This document shows positions 17,191 through 26,681 of a DNA stretch of 43,905 nucleotides, one piece after another. Under the pieces are notes generated by a model. The model was not told the DNA's origin and did not search any database. It saw only the letters and a program-made list of their open reading frames with translations. Source of the stretch: a virus; the IMG/VR virus record IMGVR_UViG_3300003973_000004, positions 1 to 43,905 of that record; one strand, given 5' to 3'. The position numbers and the translations under genes are program-made. Each line of letters begins with the position of its first letter. Within the stretch, counting starts at the first letter, position 1.

Positions 17191-20100
17191 ATGATTCACT
17201 TACGCCCAGATAGCACCGCGTACGCACGAGATGCTGCTGTATCCGCTAATCCGGATGTGGGTGGTTATGTTACTCCAGACAACACTGTGCTGGAGGGGCA
17301 AACCCCCTCCGCACTTGTTCAGGCTATGCAGAAGCCTGTACCAAGTGTGACAGATTCATTCAAAGCTACACTCAGCGAGAGTATTGCTGCTAAAGCAGTG
17401 CGCGGTGTAGAGTACTCTAGCATCCCAGCAGAAGACGGCTTCGAGCCAAGTAAAGCTTTGGGAGACTCTGTTTCACAGTACACAGCTGATGAGCTGGAAT
17501 TCCTAGCGGATGCCCGTTCTAGCGCTGAGCTTGCACAACGCAAGTCACAAGTCCAAGATACAAGAAACAACTATGAGGCAATGGGTCAGAACATGCTCGT
17601 TACCGTGGCTGCATCCATGCTAGACGTGGATATGGTTATTGGTGGTGGGGTAGGTGCCCTGTCTAAACTGGGACGCGCTACGCGCCTTGCAGTGGGTCTC
17701 AGTGCTAACGCGGCTGTGCTAGGTGCTGCTTCCCAGGGCGGTACTATTACCCCGCTGGATGTAGTAGGCACAAGTGTGGGTGTAGCCCTAAGTGCAATCC
17801 CCGGTGTACGTCGTGTTGCTAAGGCTGAACAAGTTGAAGCGGATACAGTGCGTGCTACAGTTGATAACGTAGTAGATGACGCTGCGGGTACCGTGGTTCC
17901 TCCGAAGGATACTACCGTACCACCTGTACGAGAGACTCCAGAAGTTACTCCGACACGCACCGTCCCGGATGAGGATTATCCGAACATCCAACCAGACTAC
18001 TACTCGGGGAAACCGCACGTCCAAGTCTCCACCGGAGTGGGTGGTAAGATTTCTACAGACACAACTAATCTGGTTCGTACGGTAATCAACTTGGGGGAAG
18101 ACCTCCCAGAGGGTGTTCGTGTACTCGGTAATCGCTTACTACAGAGCTTAGCAGCAGATGAGAGTATCCCCGCTGTGGTACAGGCAGGGAAATCCAATAA
18201 TGCAGCACGCTCCGCTGTATTGTTTAAAGCCGATACTGGGGAGATGACCACAGACATACGCAGCACAAACGTCGTGCAGTACACCTTAGAAGACCAGATT
18301 GCGCACATGAGCACCTACGACAAGACCATCGTTCTACACGAGGCTGCCCATGCTAAGACGGCACGAACCATTCGCGCCGTTGCAAATGGTACGGTAACTG
18401 AGGGTCCAGCGTATGACGCAGTTAAACGCCTGGAGGAGATTCGTCAGTTTGTGGACGCAAACACTTTCCCTAGTAACAAGCCCAACGACCCTCGTGGGTC
18501 TTACATGGTACGTTATGGACTTAGTAACAATGATGAATTCATTGCGCAGTTGTTTAACTCCGAGGACTTCCGTAATCACCTCAAACAGTTTAAGATGCCG
18601 GGAACTAACCATAGCGTATTCTCTGAGCTGGTGCGTAAGGTGGTACAGATGTTCACGGGCGAGGCCCCGTCGGGTAACGCCCTAGATGCCACCTTAAAAT
18701 CATTTGAGGAACTGCTGGACTTACCCATGACGGACGCGGCAACATTTGTAGGGAAGCCTAAAGCTATCCCTACTTTGCAAAGCCCCATTCTCCAGGCCCC
18801 TAATGTTATTGAAATGAATAACAAGGTGATGGGTGCTCTTAATCGGAACTTCTCACTGTATGAACGCCTTAAATCCTTCGGGACTAAGGCTGCCACCTTG
18901 GCTGACCAGTTGGTAGTGGACGCCACAGGTACGACTGCGAACTCCGCAGCGCACCATGCACGAGCAGCACACCTCGCCTCGAACGTAAGTATCTCTCAAG
19001 TAGATGATGCTTTCAAGCAGGCCCTTAGTGCTGACTGGCCCCTGGCCCAACGCTTACGCCACCCGGTGCTATACCGCGAGGCACAGCGTGACTTGAGCCA
19101 GAAAGTGTACCAGCAGCTTGCTGAGAACCACGACCGTTTCTTAAAGGGGCAGAGCATTAACACTAATGCCGACCCGCGTGTTAACAGTATGGTAGATGCT
19201 TTTACCCAGTCGAACTGGGCCAAAGATGAACTCACACGTATTAAAGGTGCAGGTATCCCAGGCTCCGAGTTGGTGGATGAATCCCCGTACTACTTACCGC
19301 GCCAGCACAGTGGTTCTAAACTGAATGATTTCATGCGCAATAACCGCCAGGTTACTAAAGACGACGTAGCTGGTATGTACACTGAACAGTTCAAGAGTAT
19401 GTTCAAGCAGCAGGGTATTGAGGACGCCACTGCGCGTAAGCTTGGTGCTAAGATGTTTGATAACATGCAGGACCAGGCAGCGCATGTCCAGGGGTACCGC
19501 CAGAGTATTGCCGGTATGTCCTATGATGATATCGAGAACACTCTTGAGGCTCTTGGTGCTACTGATGATACCATCAAGGCATTCGTGGATTCGGTGCGCG
19601 TTTCGGGTAATCCACAGAACAAGGTACGCAACCTCCGAGGCCGTGCTGAGTTTGATATGACAGCCCAGTATACCACTAAGTCCGGAGATATTATCTCTCC
19701 TAGCTTGTTCGTGAACAACGACGTGATGGGTCTTATGGAGGGCTACAGCCGACGTATGGCAGGTCGCGTGGGATTAGCTAAGGCTGGCTTCCCCGACCTC
19801 CGTGATGTGGTTAAGGCTATCGACGAGGCATCTGCGGAAGCAGTTAACCCTGCTGATGCTCTTCATGCTTTTGATAATACCATGAACCAACTCCTGGGTT
19901 ATCCTACTGGGGAAGATGTACCAGACCTCTTACGCAGTGCAAGTATCGTGGGCGGAGCCTTGAACCTGGCTAACTCTGGTGTGTACCAGCTCGCTGACAT
20001 GAGCTTAATGCTCCAGCAGTTTGGTGTCACCAAGACACTTAAAGCATTCGGAAGTACAGCCTTCGGGCGTAATGCTCTGGATGTAGCGAAGTCCGCTGAG

Positions 20101-20982
20101 TTCGGTTCCCGTCTACGTGATGTGATTGAAGCGCGCCATGTACTCTCTGGTAAGTACCGTAGCGTACTCACGCACCTGGAGGATAACAAGGATATTGGTT
20201 CCTTGGGTGTAGCACACCAGTACGTACAGCAACTAGGACAGGGCACCCGCTTTGTCAACGGCATGGAGTACGTTCGACGTGGGCAGGCTAAGCTGGTATC
20301 CGGTCTTATTGCTGATACTGTGGACGATGCTATTGCTGGTAACGCCAGCGCTGCAACTGCCCTAGAACGCTTCGGGATGAACCAACAGCTGCTCGATGAG
20401 CTGCGTAAGGCAACCGCTGCTAATCCTGACATGCGTAAGTGGCCCGATAGCGTACGTATGGACGTTGAGGCTGTAACCCACAATATGGCAGACAGCATTG
20501 TGCTGGAGAACCGCTTAGGTGAGATTCCGGCATGGATGCAGTTCAGCTCTGTGGGTAAAGTGGTGCTCCCGTACATGACGTTCGTAGCAGGTGCTTGGAA
20601 CAAGATACTGCGCCGTACAGCCAAGCTGGATGGTGCTACGGGTGTTGCTATGGCCTTGGCCTATCAGATGCCACTTGTTACGCTTAGTAGCGCGACTAGT
20701 ATAGCTATCAGCGGTAAGCCTATTACGCCCGAGACAGTAGCACAGCGAGCGTTAGTGCAGGTTCCAATGATGAGCTGGGCAGGTTTCGCAGTAGACTTCT
20801 GGGCTAATGGTGCAAGTAATAACCTGGCTGCCCTGGCACTGGTTGACCGTATGCACTCTGCGATGAGCAGTATTGCTAGTGGGGAGACTAATCCAGAGAG
20901 CTTGATTAAAGCAGTACCATTCCTGAGTATTCTACCGGGTATGCGTTTAATGGGTGCAAGCCTTGCTGATGATGATGAATAA
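17191..20982 (+). CDS. internal virion protein C (T7 gp16 / phiKMV gp37 position)
   Basis: 1263 aa and the largest gene. It has Gly/Ala-rich hydrophobic segments near the N-terminus and an HEAAH motif at aa 383-387. Confidence 0.85.
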   Translation: MIHLRPDSTAYARDAAVSANPDVGGYVTPDNTVLEGQTPSALVQAMQKPVPSVTDSFKATLSESIAAKAVRGVEYSSIPAEDGFEPSKALGDSVSQYTADELEFLADARSSAELAQRKSQVQDTRNNYEAMGQNMLVTVAASMLDVDMVIGGGVGALSKLGRATRLAVGLSANAAVLGAASQGGTITPLDVVGTSVGVALSAIPGVRRVAKAEQVEADTVRATVDNVVDDAAGTVVPPKDTTVPPVRETPEVTPTRTVPDEDYPNIQPDYYSGKPHVQVSTGVGGKISTDTTNLVRTVINLGEDLPEGVRVLGNRLLQSLAADESIPAVVQAGKSNNAARSAVLFKADTGEMTTDIRSTNVVQYTLEDQIAHMSTYDKTIVLHEAAHAKTARTIRAVANGTVTEGPAYDAVKRLEEIRQFVDANTFPSNKPNDPRGSYMVRYGLSNNDEFIAQLFNSEDFRNHLKQFKMPGTNHSVFSELVRKVVQMFTGEAPSGNALDATLKSFEELLDLPMTDAATFVGKPKAIPTLQSPILQAPNVIEMNNKVMGALNRNFSLYERLKSFGTKAATLADQLVVDATGTTANSAAHHARAAHLASNVSISQVDDAFKQALSADWPLAQRLRHPVLYREAQRDLSQKVYQQLAENHDRFLKGQSINTNADPRVNSMVDAFTQSNWAKDELTRIKGAGIPGSELVDESPYYLPRQHSGSKLNDFMRNNRQVTKDDVAGMYTEQFKSMFKQQGIEDATARKLGAKMFDNMQDQAAHVQGYRQSIAGMSYDDIENTLEALGATDDTIKAFVDSVRVSGNPQNKVRNLRGRAEFDMTAQYTTKSGDIISPSLFVNNDVMGLMEGYSRRMAGRVGLAKAGFPDLRDVVKAIDEASAEAVNPADALHAFDNTMNQLLGYPTGEDVPDLLRSASIVGGALNLANSGVYQLADMSLMLQQFGVTKTLKAFGSTAFGRNALDVAKSAEFGSRLRDVIEARHVLSGKYRSVLTHLEDNKDIGSLGVAHQYVQQLGQGTRFVNGMEYVRRGQAKLVSGLIADTVDDAIAGNASAATALERFGMNQQLLDELRKATAANPDMRKWPDSVRMDVEAVTHNMADSIVLENRLGEIPAWMQFSSVGKVVLPYMTFVAGAWNKILRRTAKLDGATGVAMALAYQMPLVTLSSATSIAISGKPITPETVAQRALVQVPMMSWAGFAVDFWANGASNNLAALALVDRMHSAMSSIASGETNPESLIKAVPFLSILPGMRLMGASLADDDE

Positions 20983-20991
20983 GGAGATAGA

Positions 20992-22587
20992 ATGTACTCA
21001 GTCCAGATTGCCGTATCAGACGGTACTCTAACTCGAATTGCGCTGAGCATCGAGTACTTTGAGAAAGATGATATCACGCTGTACCGTAATCTGGAAACTG
21101 TTCCAATGGTCCTGGATGTTGATTGGCAGTGGGATGGCGCAGGCGCTATTAACCTACTAACTAACATCCCAGTACCAAATGGGCAGTACATTACGGTACG
21201 ACGTAACACAGATATTGACCGTGCGTTTAATATTTATGATGGGGGCGCGGCATTTAGTCGCGCCACCTTGGATGAGAATTTCCGTCAGATGATTTATCTG
21301 GCACAGGAGTTTACTGAGGGGAATGGGCTGTCCGGTCTGTTCTTCCCGTTGGATATGCACGGGTTCCAGATTAAGAACCTAGGGGATGGTACAGACCCCG
21401 GTGATGCGGTAAATAAAAAGCAACTAGATGTAGTAGACCAACGTGTCACTAACATTGAGGAGACCTTTGTTACCAGCACCACCAGCTATCCGTGGTACGA
21501 GATTACCACTGTAGTTAAGGATACGTTCGCACCTCCGTTTGTGTTTGATAAGGCAGCGGTGTACGTCAATGGTGTGTGCCAGATTCCCGGCTACAGCTAC
21601 GTTGTGGTGAGTAATCAGATTCTACTTGCCGAACCAGTGCCGATTGGAACAGCCTTCTTTGCTCGCCTTGGGGAAGACGTGGGGATGGACCCGAACTATG
21701 CCACTGCTGAGCAGCTAGCGGAGACTATCAGCAACTACCAAGCTGCTGACGCCGCACTGGATGCAGCTAAGGCCGATGCGGGGGCTAACTCCGATATCAC
21801 CAGTCTAAGTGGTTTGACTACCCCGCTCACAGTAACCCAAGGTGGTACTGGGAACACTATGGGGGCTGTAGCAACTCTAAGTACAGCGCGTACATTCCAG
21901 ACAGACCTGGGGTCTGAATCTGGCGTACTCTTTGATGGGTCCAGCAACAACATCCACGGTGTACAGGGAATCCTCCCAGTCTCCCATGGTGGGACTGGTG
22001 GGGATACGCAAGCAACCGCTAGGACTGGTTTAGGCGCTACAAGTCTGGGTTCTAATCTGTTCACCGCAACTAGTGCAATAAACGCGCGTGGGTTCCTATT
22101 TGCTGCGCAGTCTGGCAGTAACCCCGACATTACTGCTTTAACTAACCTGTCCGGTGGGATTACGGGCTTGGTTACAGGTGGTACTGCGGCTGCTGGTGTG
22201 GTAGGGGAAGTCCTAGGGGATACAGCTGCTGCGGCGACTACAGCCCTCACTACAGGAGTCACAGCTAACACCCACTCCTTAGTGCTAACGCCGGGAGAGT
22301 GGTACGTAGAGGGTGCGGTGCAACTGGTTATTACCTCAGCTATCACATCGTCTGCACGGAGCTGGGGTATCTCCACTGTGTCTGGTACTTTATCTACTAA
22401 CTGGTGGGACAACGAGGTAACACTCATCCCAACCTCAGCGCTGGGTGCTGGTACCGCAAGCCACGCAGCCCCTGGGCGTTATATCCGGGTGTCCACTAAC
22501 ACAACAGTGTACCTGGTGGCTAACGTTACATTCACTGCTGGTACTGCTACTGGGCGCGGGTACTTACGCGCTAGACGTATGCGTTAA
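20992..22587 (+). CDS. tail fibre (RBP1) with T7 gp17-like N-terminal adaptor
   Basis: The N-terminus MYSVQIAVSDGTLTRIALSIEYFEKDDITLYRN...ATLDENFRQMIYLAQE is typical of podophage tail-fibre N-domains. There are two GGTG...AR..LG fibre repeats. Confidence 0.85.
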   Translation: MYSVQIAVSDGTLTRIALSIEYFEKDDITLYRNLETVPMVLDVDWQWDGAGAINLLTNIPVPNGQYITVRRNTDIDRAFNIYDGGAAFSRATLDENFRQMIYLAQEFTEGNGLSGLFFPLDMHGFQIKNLGDGTDPGDAVNKKQLDVVDQRVTNIEETFVTSTTSYPWYEITTVVKDTFAPPFVFDKAAVYVNGVCQIPGYSYVVVSNQILLAEPVPIGTAFFARLGEDVGMDPNYATAEQLAETISNYQAADAALDAAKADAGANSDITSLSGLTTPLTVTQGGTGNTMGAVATLSTARTFQTDLGSESGVLFDGSSNNIHGVQGILPVSHGGTGGDTQATARTGLGATSLGSNLFTATSAINARGFLFAAQSGSNPDITALTNLSGGITGLVTGGTAAAGVVGEVLGDTAAAATTALTTGVTANTHSLVLTPGEWYVEGAVQLVITSAITSSARSWGISTVSGTLSTNWWDNEVTLIPTSALGAGTASHAAPGRYIRVSTNTTVYLVANVTFTAGTATGRGYLRARRMR

Positions 22588-22598
22588 TAAGGAGATGT

Positions 22599-22886
22599 AT
22601 GGCAGCTTCACAGAGTAAGCTCGCAGAGCTACATGAGATGCTGGCAGAGATTATGCTAGAGGACCTGCGGCAGTCTAAGGAGGAGAAAATTCCCCTGCCT
22701 GCTGCTAACCTCGGTGTAATCCGCCAGTTCCTAAAGGATAATGATATCAGTGCTAGTATGGATGCTGATGATATGAAGGCTATTCGTGAGGAGTTCAAGG
22801 AATCCACAGACAAGGCCCGAGCAGCCCGTAAGGCTAGGCTCACTGTTGCCCTGGATGATGACGCGTACTCACACATTCTACAGTAA
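22599..22886 (+). CDS. terminase small subunit
   Basis: 95 aa and helical, immediately upstream of the large terminase as in phiKMV-like phages. Confidence 0.7.
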   Translation: MAASQSKLAELHEMLAEIMLEDLRQSKEEKIPLPAANLGVIRQFLKDNDISASMDADDMKAIREEFKESTDKARAARKARLTVALDDDAYSHILQ

Positions 22887-22894
22887 GGAGATGT

Positions 22895-24712
22895 ATGCAG
22901 GAGCACAAACTACGTAGGTTGAACATGCTCGCACAGAGCTTGAATCAGTGGTCTGACCGTCCTGCATCCATGCCCAAGGATTTACGAGAAGAATATGGCT
23001 TCATGATGCAGGCTGTGTTCTCTGAGTTTGAGGACTTCGCAGACCTCGGTATGCGTTTTCTCGGGTACAAGCTCACACCAATGCAGCGGGATATTGCTAA
23101 GTACATGCAGTACGGCCCGAGGCAGTGTATGGTGGCTGCGCAGCGCGGGGAGGCTAAGAGTACACTTGCTGCACTATTCGCAGTGTGGCGACTTATACAA
23201 GATTGGAATGAGTGGGTACTAATTGTATCCGGCGGGGAGACCCAGGCGTCTGAGGTTGCCTTGCTAGTCATTCAGTTGATTGAGCGCTGGGGTATCCTGT
23301 GCTACCTGCGTCCAGACCGCTCCAGGGGAGACCGCACGTCGTACGAGCACTATGACATTCATTGTGACTTACGAACCGTCAGCAAGTCTCCTAGCGTGGC
23401 TTGTGTGGGTATTACAGCGCAGCTCCAAGGTAAGCGTGCTACTCTACTCATCCCGGATGATATCGAGACCACTAACAACAGTTTGACTGCTACCAACCGA
23501 GAGATACTGCTACTCCGCTCAAAGGAGTTTGGTGCTATCTGTGTTGATGGTAGGATTATGTACTTAGGGACACCACAGACTAAGGACAGTATTTACCGCA
23601 CACTGGTGAATCGTGGTTATGAAATGCGCATCTGGCCCGGACGCATCCCAACTGAGGAGGAGGAGCAGCGTTACGGAAGCACCTTAGCGCCTTATATCTT
23701 GGAACTCATCACACAGGGGGCAGCCCGTACCGGCTATGGTATTGACGGTTCCCGTGGGGAAGCATCTGACCCTGCTCGTTATGATGAGGCACTGAGTATT
23801 GAGAAGGAACTGGAGTTTGGCCCCGAGGGATACCAACTCCAGTACATGCTCGATACCTCCCTGTCTGATGCACAGCGTACTCGTATAAAGCTCTCAGACG
23901 CGATTGTAGCGTGCCTAGGCACCGATGCTGCTCCTGATACCTTGTACTACGCTGCAACGCCACAGTACCGCGTACAGAGCGTTCCTGATAGTATTAAGCA
24001 GGAGGTCCTGTACCACGTAGCGGGGAATGGTAACTTACTACTCCCGTACCAGCACAAGATAATGGTTGTTGACCCAGCTGGTTGTGGTGGAGATGAGGTA
24101 GCGTTCGCTTGTGGTGGAGCACTGAACTCGTACATCCACTTGTTCGGGGTGGGTGGCCTGCAAGGCGGTTTAATAGAGGAGAACTGTAATGTCCTGTTAG
24201 ATTACTGTGAAGAATTCGGTATCACCGATATTGTAATGGAAGCAAACATGGGGCACGGTACAGCTAGTATGGTTCTCCTGAACGTCATCGCTAAGCGTAA
24301 GCTTACTCACATTGGCGTACGGGATATCTATGCTAAGGGGCAGAAAGAACGCCGTATCATAGATACACTGGGTCCAGTATTCCGCAGACACAAGTTCGTC
24401 CTGCATGAGCGTGCTATCGAGATGGATACTGAGTACTGCCAGAAGTACCCTCTGAACAAAAGGAACTTGTACTCCCTCCTGTTCCAGCTAACAGGTATCA
24501 CATACGACCGTGGAAGTCTTGCAAAGGACGACCGCGCTGATGCTGTTGGGCACTTAGTGAATGAGCTGAAAGGCTACATAAGTGTGGACGAGGAGAAAGA
24601 AGCAGAGAAGTTACAGAACAAACAGGTTCAGGAATTCCTGAGCAACCCAATGGGGTACCACCACGAGGTGCGTAAACCCGTACGGAGCACCCGCTCCAGA
24701 TTATACCACTAA
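22895..24712 (+). CDS. terminase large subunit
   Basis: 605 aa. It has a Walker-type ATPase region (MVAAQRGEAKST, LLIPDDIET) and a C-terminal nuclease region (VVDPAGCGGDEVA). Confidence 0.9.
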   Translation: MQEHKLRRLNMLAQSLNQWSDRPASMPKDLREEYGFMMQAVFSEFEDFADLGMRFLGYKLTPMQRDIAKYMQYGPRQCMVAAQRGEAKSTLAALFAVWRLIQDWNEWVLIVSGGETQASEVALLVIQLIERWGILCYLRPDRSRGDRTSYEHYDIHCDLRTVSKSPSVACVGITAQLQGKRATLLIPDDIETTNNSLTATNREILLLRSKEFGAICVDGRIMYLGTPQTKDSIYRTLVNRGYEMRIWPGRIPTEEEEQRYGSTLAPYILELITQGAARTGYGIDGSRGEASDPARYDEALSIEKELEFGPEGYQLQYMLDTSLSDAQRTRIKLSDAIVACLGTDAAPDTLYYAATPQYRVQSVPDSIKQEVLYHVAGNGNLLLPYQHKIMVVDPAGCGGDEVAFACGGALNSYIHLFGVGGLQGGLIEENCNVLLDYCEEFGITDIVMEANMGHGTASMVLLNVIAKRKLTHIGVRDIYAKGQKERRIIDTLGPVFRRHKFVLHERAIEMDTEYCQKYPLNKRNLYSLLFQLTGITYDRGSLAKDDRADAVGHLVNELKGYISVDEEKEAEKLQNKQVQEFLSNPMGYHHEVRKPVRSTRSRLYH

Positions 24713-24721
24713 GGAGATACA

Positions 24722-24910
24722 ATGGCTATTGCTACAGGCACTACCACTGCACAGGCAAATAACATGGCAATGCGTGATGCAGTACTTAAAGTTGTACCGG
24801 GTGTACAGCAGTTGGTACAGAACTCATCCCAGATTACAGCTACAGAGGTGGCTGCACTACAGACACTGATTACTGCACTGAAAACTGCATTCACCGCCGC
24901 TGGCGCATAA
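24722..24910 (+). CDS. hypothetical Ala/Thr-rich protein
   Basis: 62 aa with a TAAGGAGATAC SD. Confidence 0.7.
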   Translation: MAIATGTTTAQANNMAMRDAVLKVVPGVQQLVQNSSQITATEVAALQTLITALKTAFTAAGA

Positions 24911-24920
24911 GGAGATACTG

Positions 24921-25466
24921 ATGGCTTTAGATACCGCTACTGCGGCAGAGCGTATTGCACTCCGTAATACAGCTGTAACCCTGGGTGAACTGACCCAACC
25001 CTATGCAGAGAATGCTGCTGCCCCAGCCTTGGACGCTAATGCGGCTAAGGTGTCCGCTGCTATGACTGCCTGCGCAGGTGCTATTGCTACCGTGCAGGGC
25101 ACCAGTGGGGCTACTGTAGCCAACGGTGCTACTGTTGCTGTGGTGAACTCCGCCAGTGCAGACTCACACAATGCTACCGCTACCGTGGCTGGCACTACGC
25201 TAACCAATGTTAAGTTAGCAGCCACTGTTGCCTTCGTGGATAATGCTGATACCGTGACTGTACAGAATAGTGCAGGTGCAGCGGTGGCTGGCACCCATAC
25301 CGCTACGGTGGCTGCGGGCGTTCTTAGTAACGTTAAGCTCGCAGCAACTATCGCACCTGTAGCCTCTGGCTTAGCGCTGACAGGCGTTACCCCAACCGGT
25401 ACTTACACTAACACCGTAACCTTTACCGTTGCTGCTGGTGTTATTACCGCCATTGTTCTAAGCTAA
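24921..25466 (+). CDS. hypothetical Ala/Thr/Val-rich protein with internal duplication
   Basis: 181 aa with a TAAGGAGATAC SD. It carries the repeat ATVAGTTLTNVKLAATVA / ATVAAGVLSNVKLAATIA. Confidence 0.75.
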   Translation: MALDTATAAERIALRNTAVTLGELTQPYAENAAAPALDANAAKVSAAMTACAGAIATVQGTSGATVANGATVAVVNSASADSHNATATVAGTTLTNVKLAATVAFVDNADTVTVQNSAGAAVAGTHTATVAAGVLSNVKLAATIAPVASGLALTGVTPTGTYTNTVTFTVAAGVITAIVLS

Positions 25467-25474
25467 GGAGTTCT

Positions 25475-25870
25475 ATGAAGCAGATGCTAGCCGTGCTATT
25501 GCTTAGCACAACCCTCGTGGGCTGTTCCGCTACCTCCGCTCTCGGTACTGTTGCGTCTGCTATCTCCCCGAATAAGCCGGATATCACCGCGCAGGTTGGG
25601 GCAGAGAACTCTAAGCAAGGCATCGGGGTTAATTCAAAGGTAGATACCAGTACAACCGTAAAGGACGTACAAGGCTCTGTGAACGCCTCTAAGCAGGGGC
25701 AACAGCTCCAAGCTGGGTCTGTGCAGGCAGAGGCTATAAAAGTCACCAACGGATCCCCAGGGGCCTTGCTGGGGGCGTTTGCTATTGGGATGGCGAGTGT
25801 GCTGGGACTGGTGTTCTGGTTCGTTCCTTCGCCGTTTAGTCGGAAGAAGAAGGAGGAACAGGATGCTTAG
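25475..25870 (+). CDS. unimolecular spanin (u-spanin)
   Basis: N-terminal lipobox LVGC after a signal peptide, plus a single C-terminal TMD (ALLGAFAIGMASVLGLVFWFV) and a basic tail. This is the T1 gp11 architecture. Confidence 0.75.
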   Translation: MKQMLAVLLLSTTLVGCSATSALGTVASAISPNKPDITAQVGAENSKQGIGVNSKVDTSTTVKDVQGSVNASKQGQQLQAGSVQAEAIKVTNGSPGALLGAFAIGMASVLGLVFWFVPSPFSRKKKEEQDA

Positions 25871-26132
25871 TACTTTCTGGTTGTGGCTGTGCCACTGGTG
25901 CAATGAATTAATCGGAGATTTCTATAGTAAGGTATCTCTGGGTACATCCTCCTTCGTAGTGTGGATGGGGGGCTTGAACTGGAATATGATTTTTATGGTG
26001 GCTGGCTTCCTAATGGGCCTGGCAACCCTGGGTATTAACTGGTACTACAAACATAAGAACTCTAAAGTATTTGCTGATGGTGTTAAGAAAGCGGCTGAGA
26101 AGGGGTACATTCTGAATGAGCCTAAAGAGTAA
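25863..26132 (+). CDS. holin (candidate pinholin)
   Basis: 89 aa starting from the internal ATG with an AGGAGG SD. It has two hydrophobic segments and a charged C-terminus, and sits directly upstream of a SAR endolysin. Confidence 0.7.
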   Translation: MLSTFWLWLCHWCNELIGDFYSKVSLGTSSFVVWMGGLNWNMIFMVAGFLMGLATLGINWYYKHKNSKVFADGVKKAAEKGYILNEPKE

Positions 26133-26673
26133 GGTTATTGGAGCAATTGCCGGGGCCACTCTGCTTGGGGGTGGTATCGCATCCGTAGTCCAACACAATG
26201 AGGGATACAGCAATGTAGCGTACAAGGATAGTGCTGGGGTATGGACTGTCTGCTATGGAGAGACTAAAGGCGTACACAAGGGCCTGTATCTCACTAGGAC
26301 GCAGTGCGACACACAGTTAGTACAATCTATCACAGAGCACGCAGAGGCGCTCTCAGGGCTTCCTGAGTACCTTCCTGACGTGGTTGTACTGGGCAGCGTA
26401 GACATGGCGTACAACATAGGTGTGTCCGGGTTTAAGAACAGTACCCAGAAGAAGTGCTTAATGAACAAAGATTACAAGCGAGCTGGGCAAGCTGTACTCG
26501 CCTGGCGGTACATCACGCTACCCAACGGCAGTAAGTACGACTGTTCACAGTTCGTGAACGGGAAACCTAATAGGGTGTGCTGGGGTTTGTGGGAACGTAG
26601 GCAGTGGCAAAGTAAGGCCATTGGAAATGAATTCAAGAGTGTACAAGCTGCTGTAGCAGCACTACCAAAATAA
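26116..26673 (+). CDS. endolysin, GH24 lysozyme with N-terminal signal-arrest-release (SAR) anchor
   Basis: Catalytic triad spacing is E-8-D-5-T in HNEGYSNVAYKDSAGVWT. The Gly/Ala-rich weak TMD is VIGAIAGATLLGGGIASVV. Confidence 0.85.
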   Translation: MSLKSKVIGAIAGATLLGGGIASVVQHNEGYSNVAYKDSAGVWTVCYGETKGVHKGLYLTRTQCDTQLVQSITEHAEALSGLPEYLPDVVVLGSVDMAYNIGVSGFKNSTQKKCLMNKDYKRAGQAVLAWRYITLPNGSKYDCSQFVNGKPNRVCWGLWERRQWQSKAIGNEFKSVQAAVAALPK

Positions 26674-26681
26674 GGGGATGT

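Noticed and set aside
22207-22216. GAAGTCCTAG inside the tail-fibre gene, matching 9 nt of the promoter core.
   Set aside because: It has no TTA upstream and no TATA/CCAG or purine-rich start downstream, and it is intragenic. It is compatible with chance.
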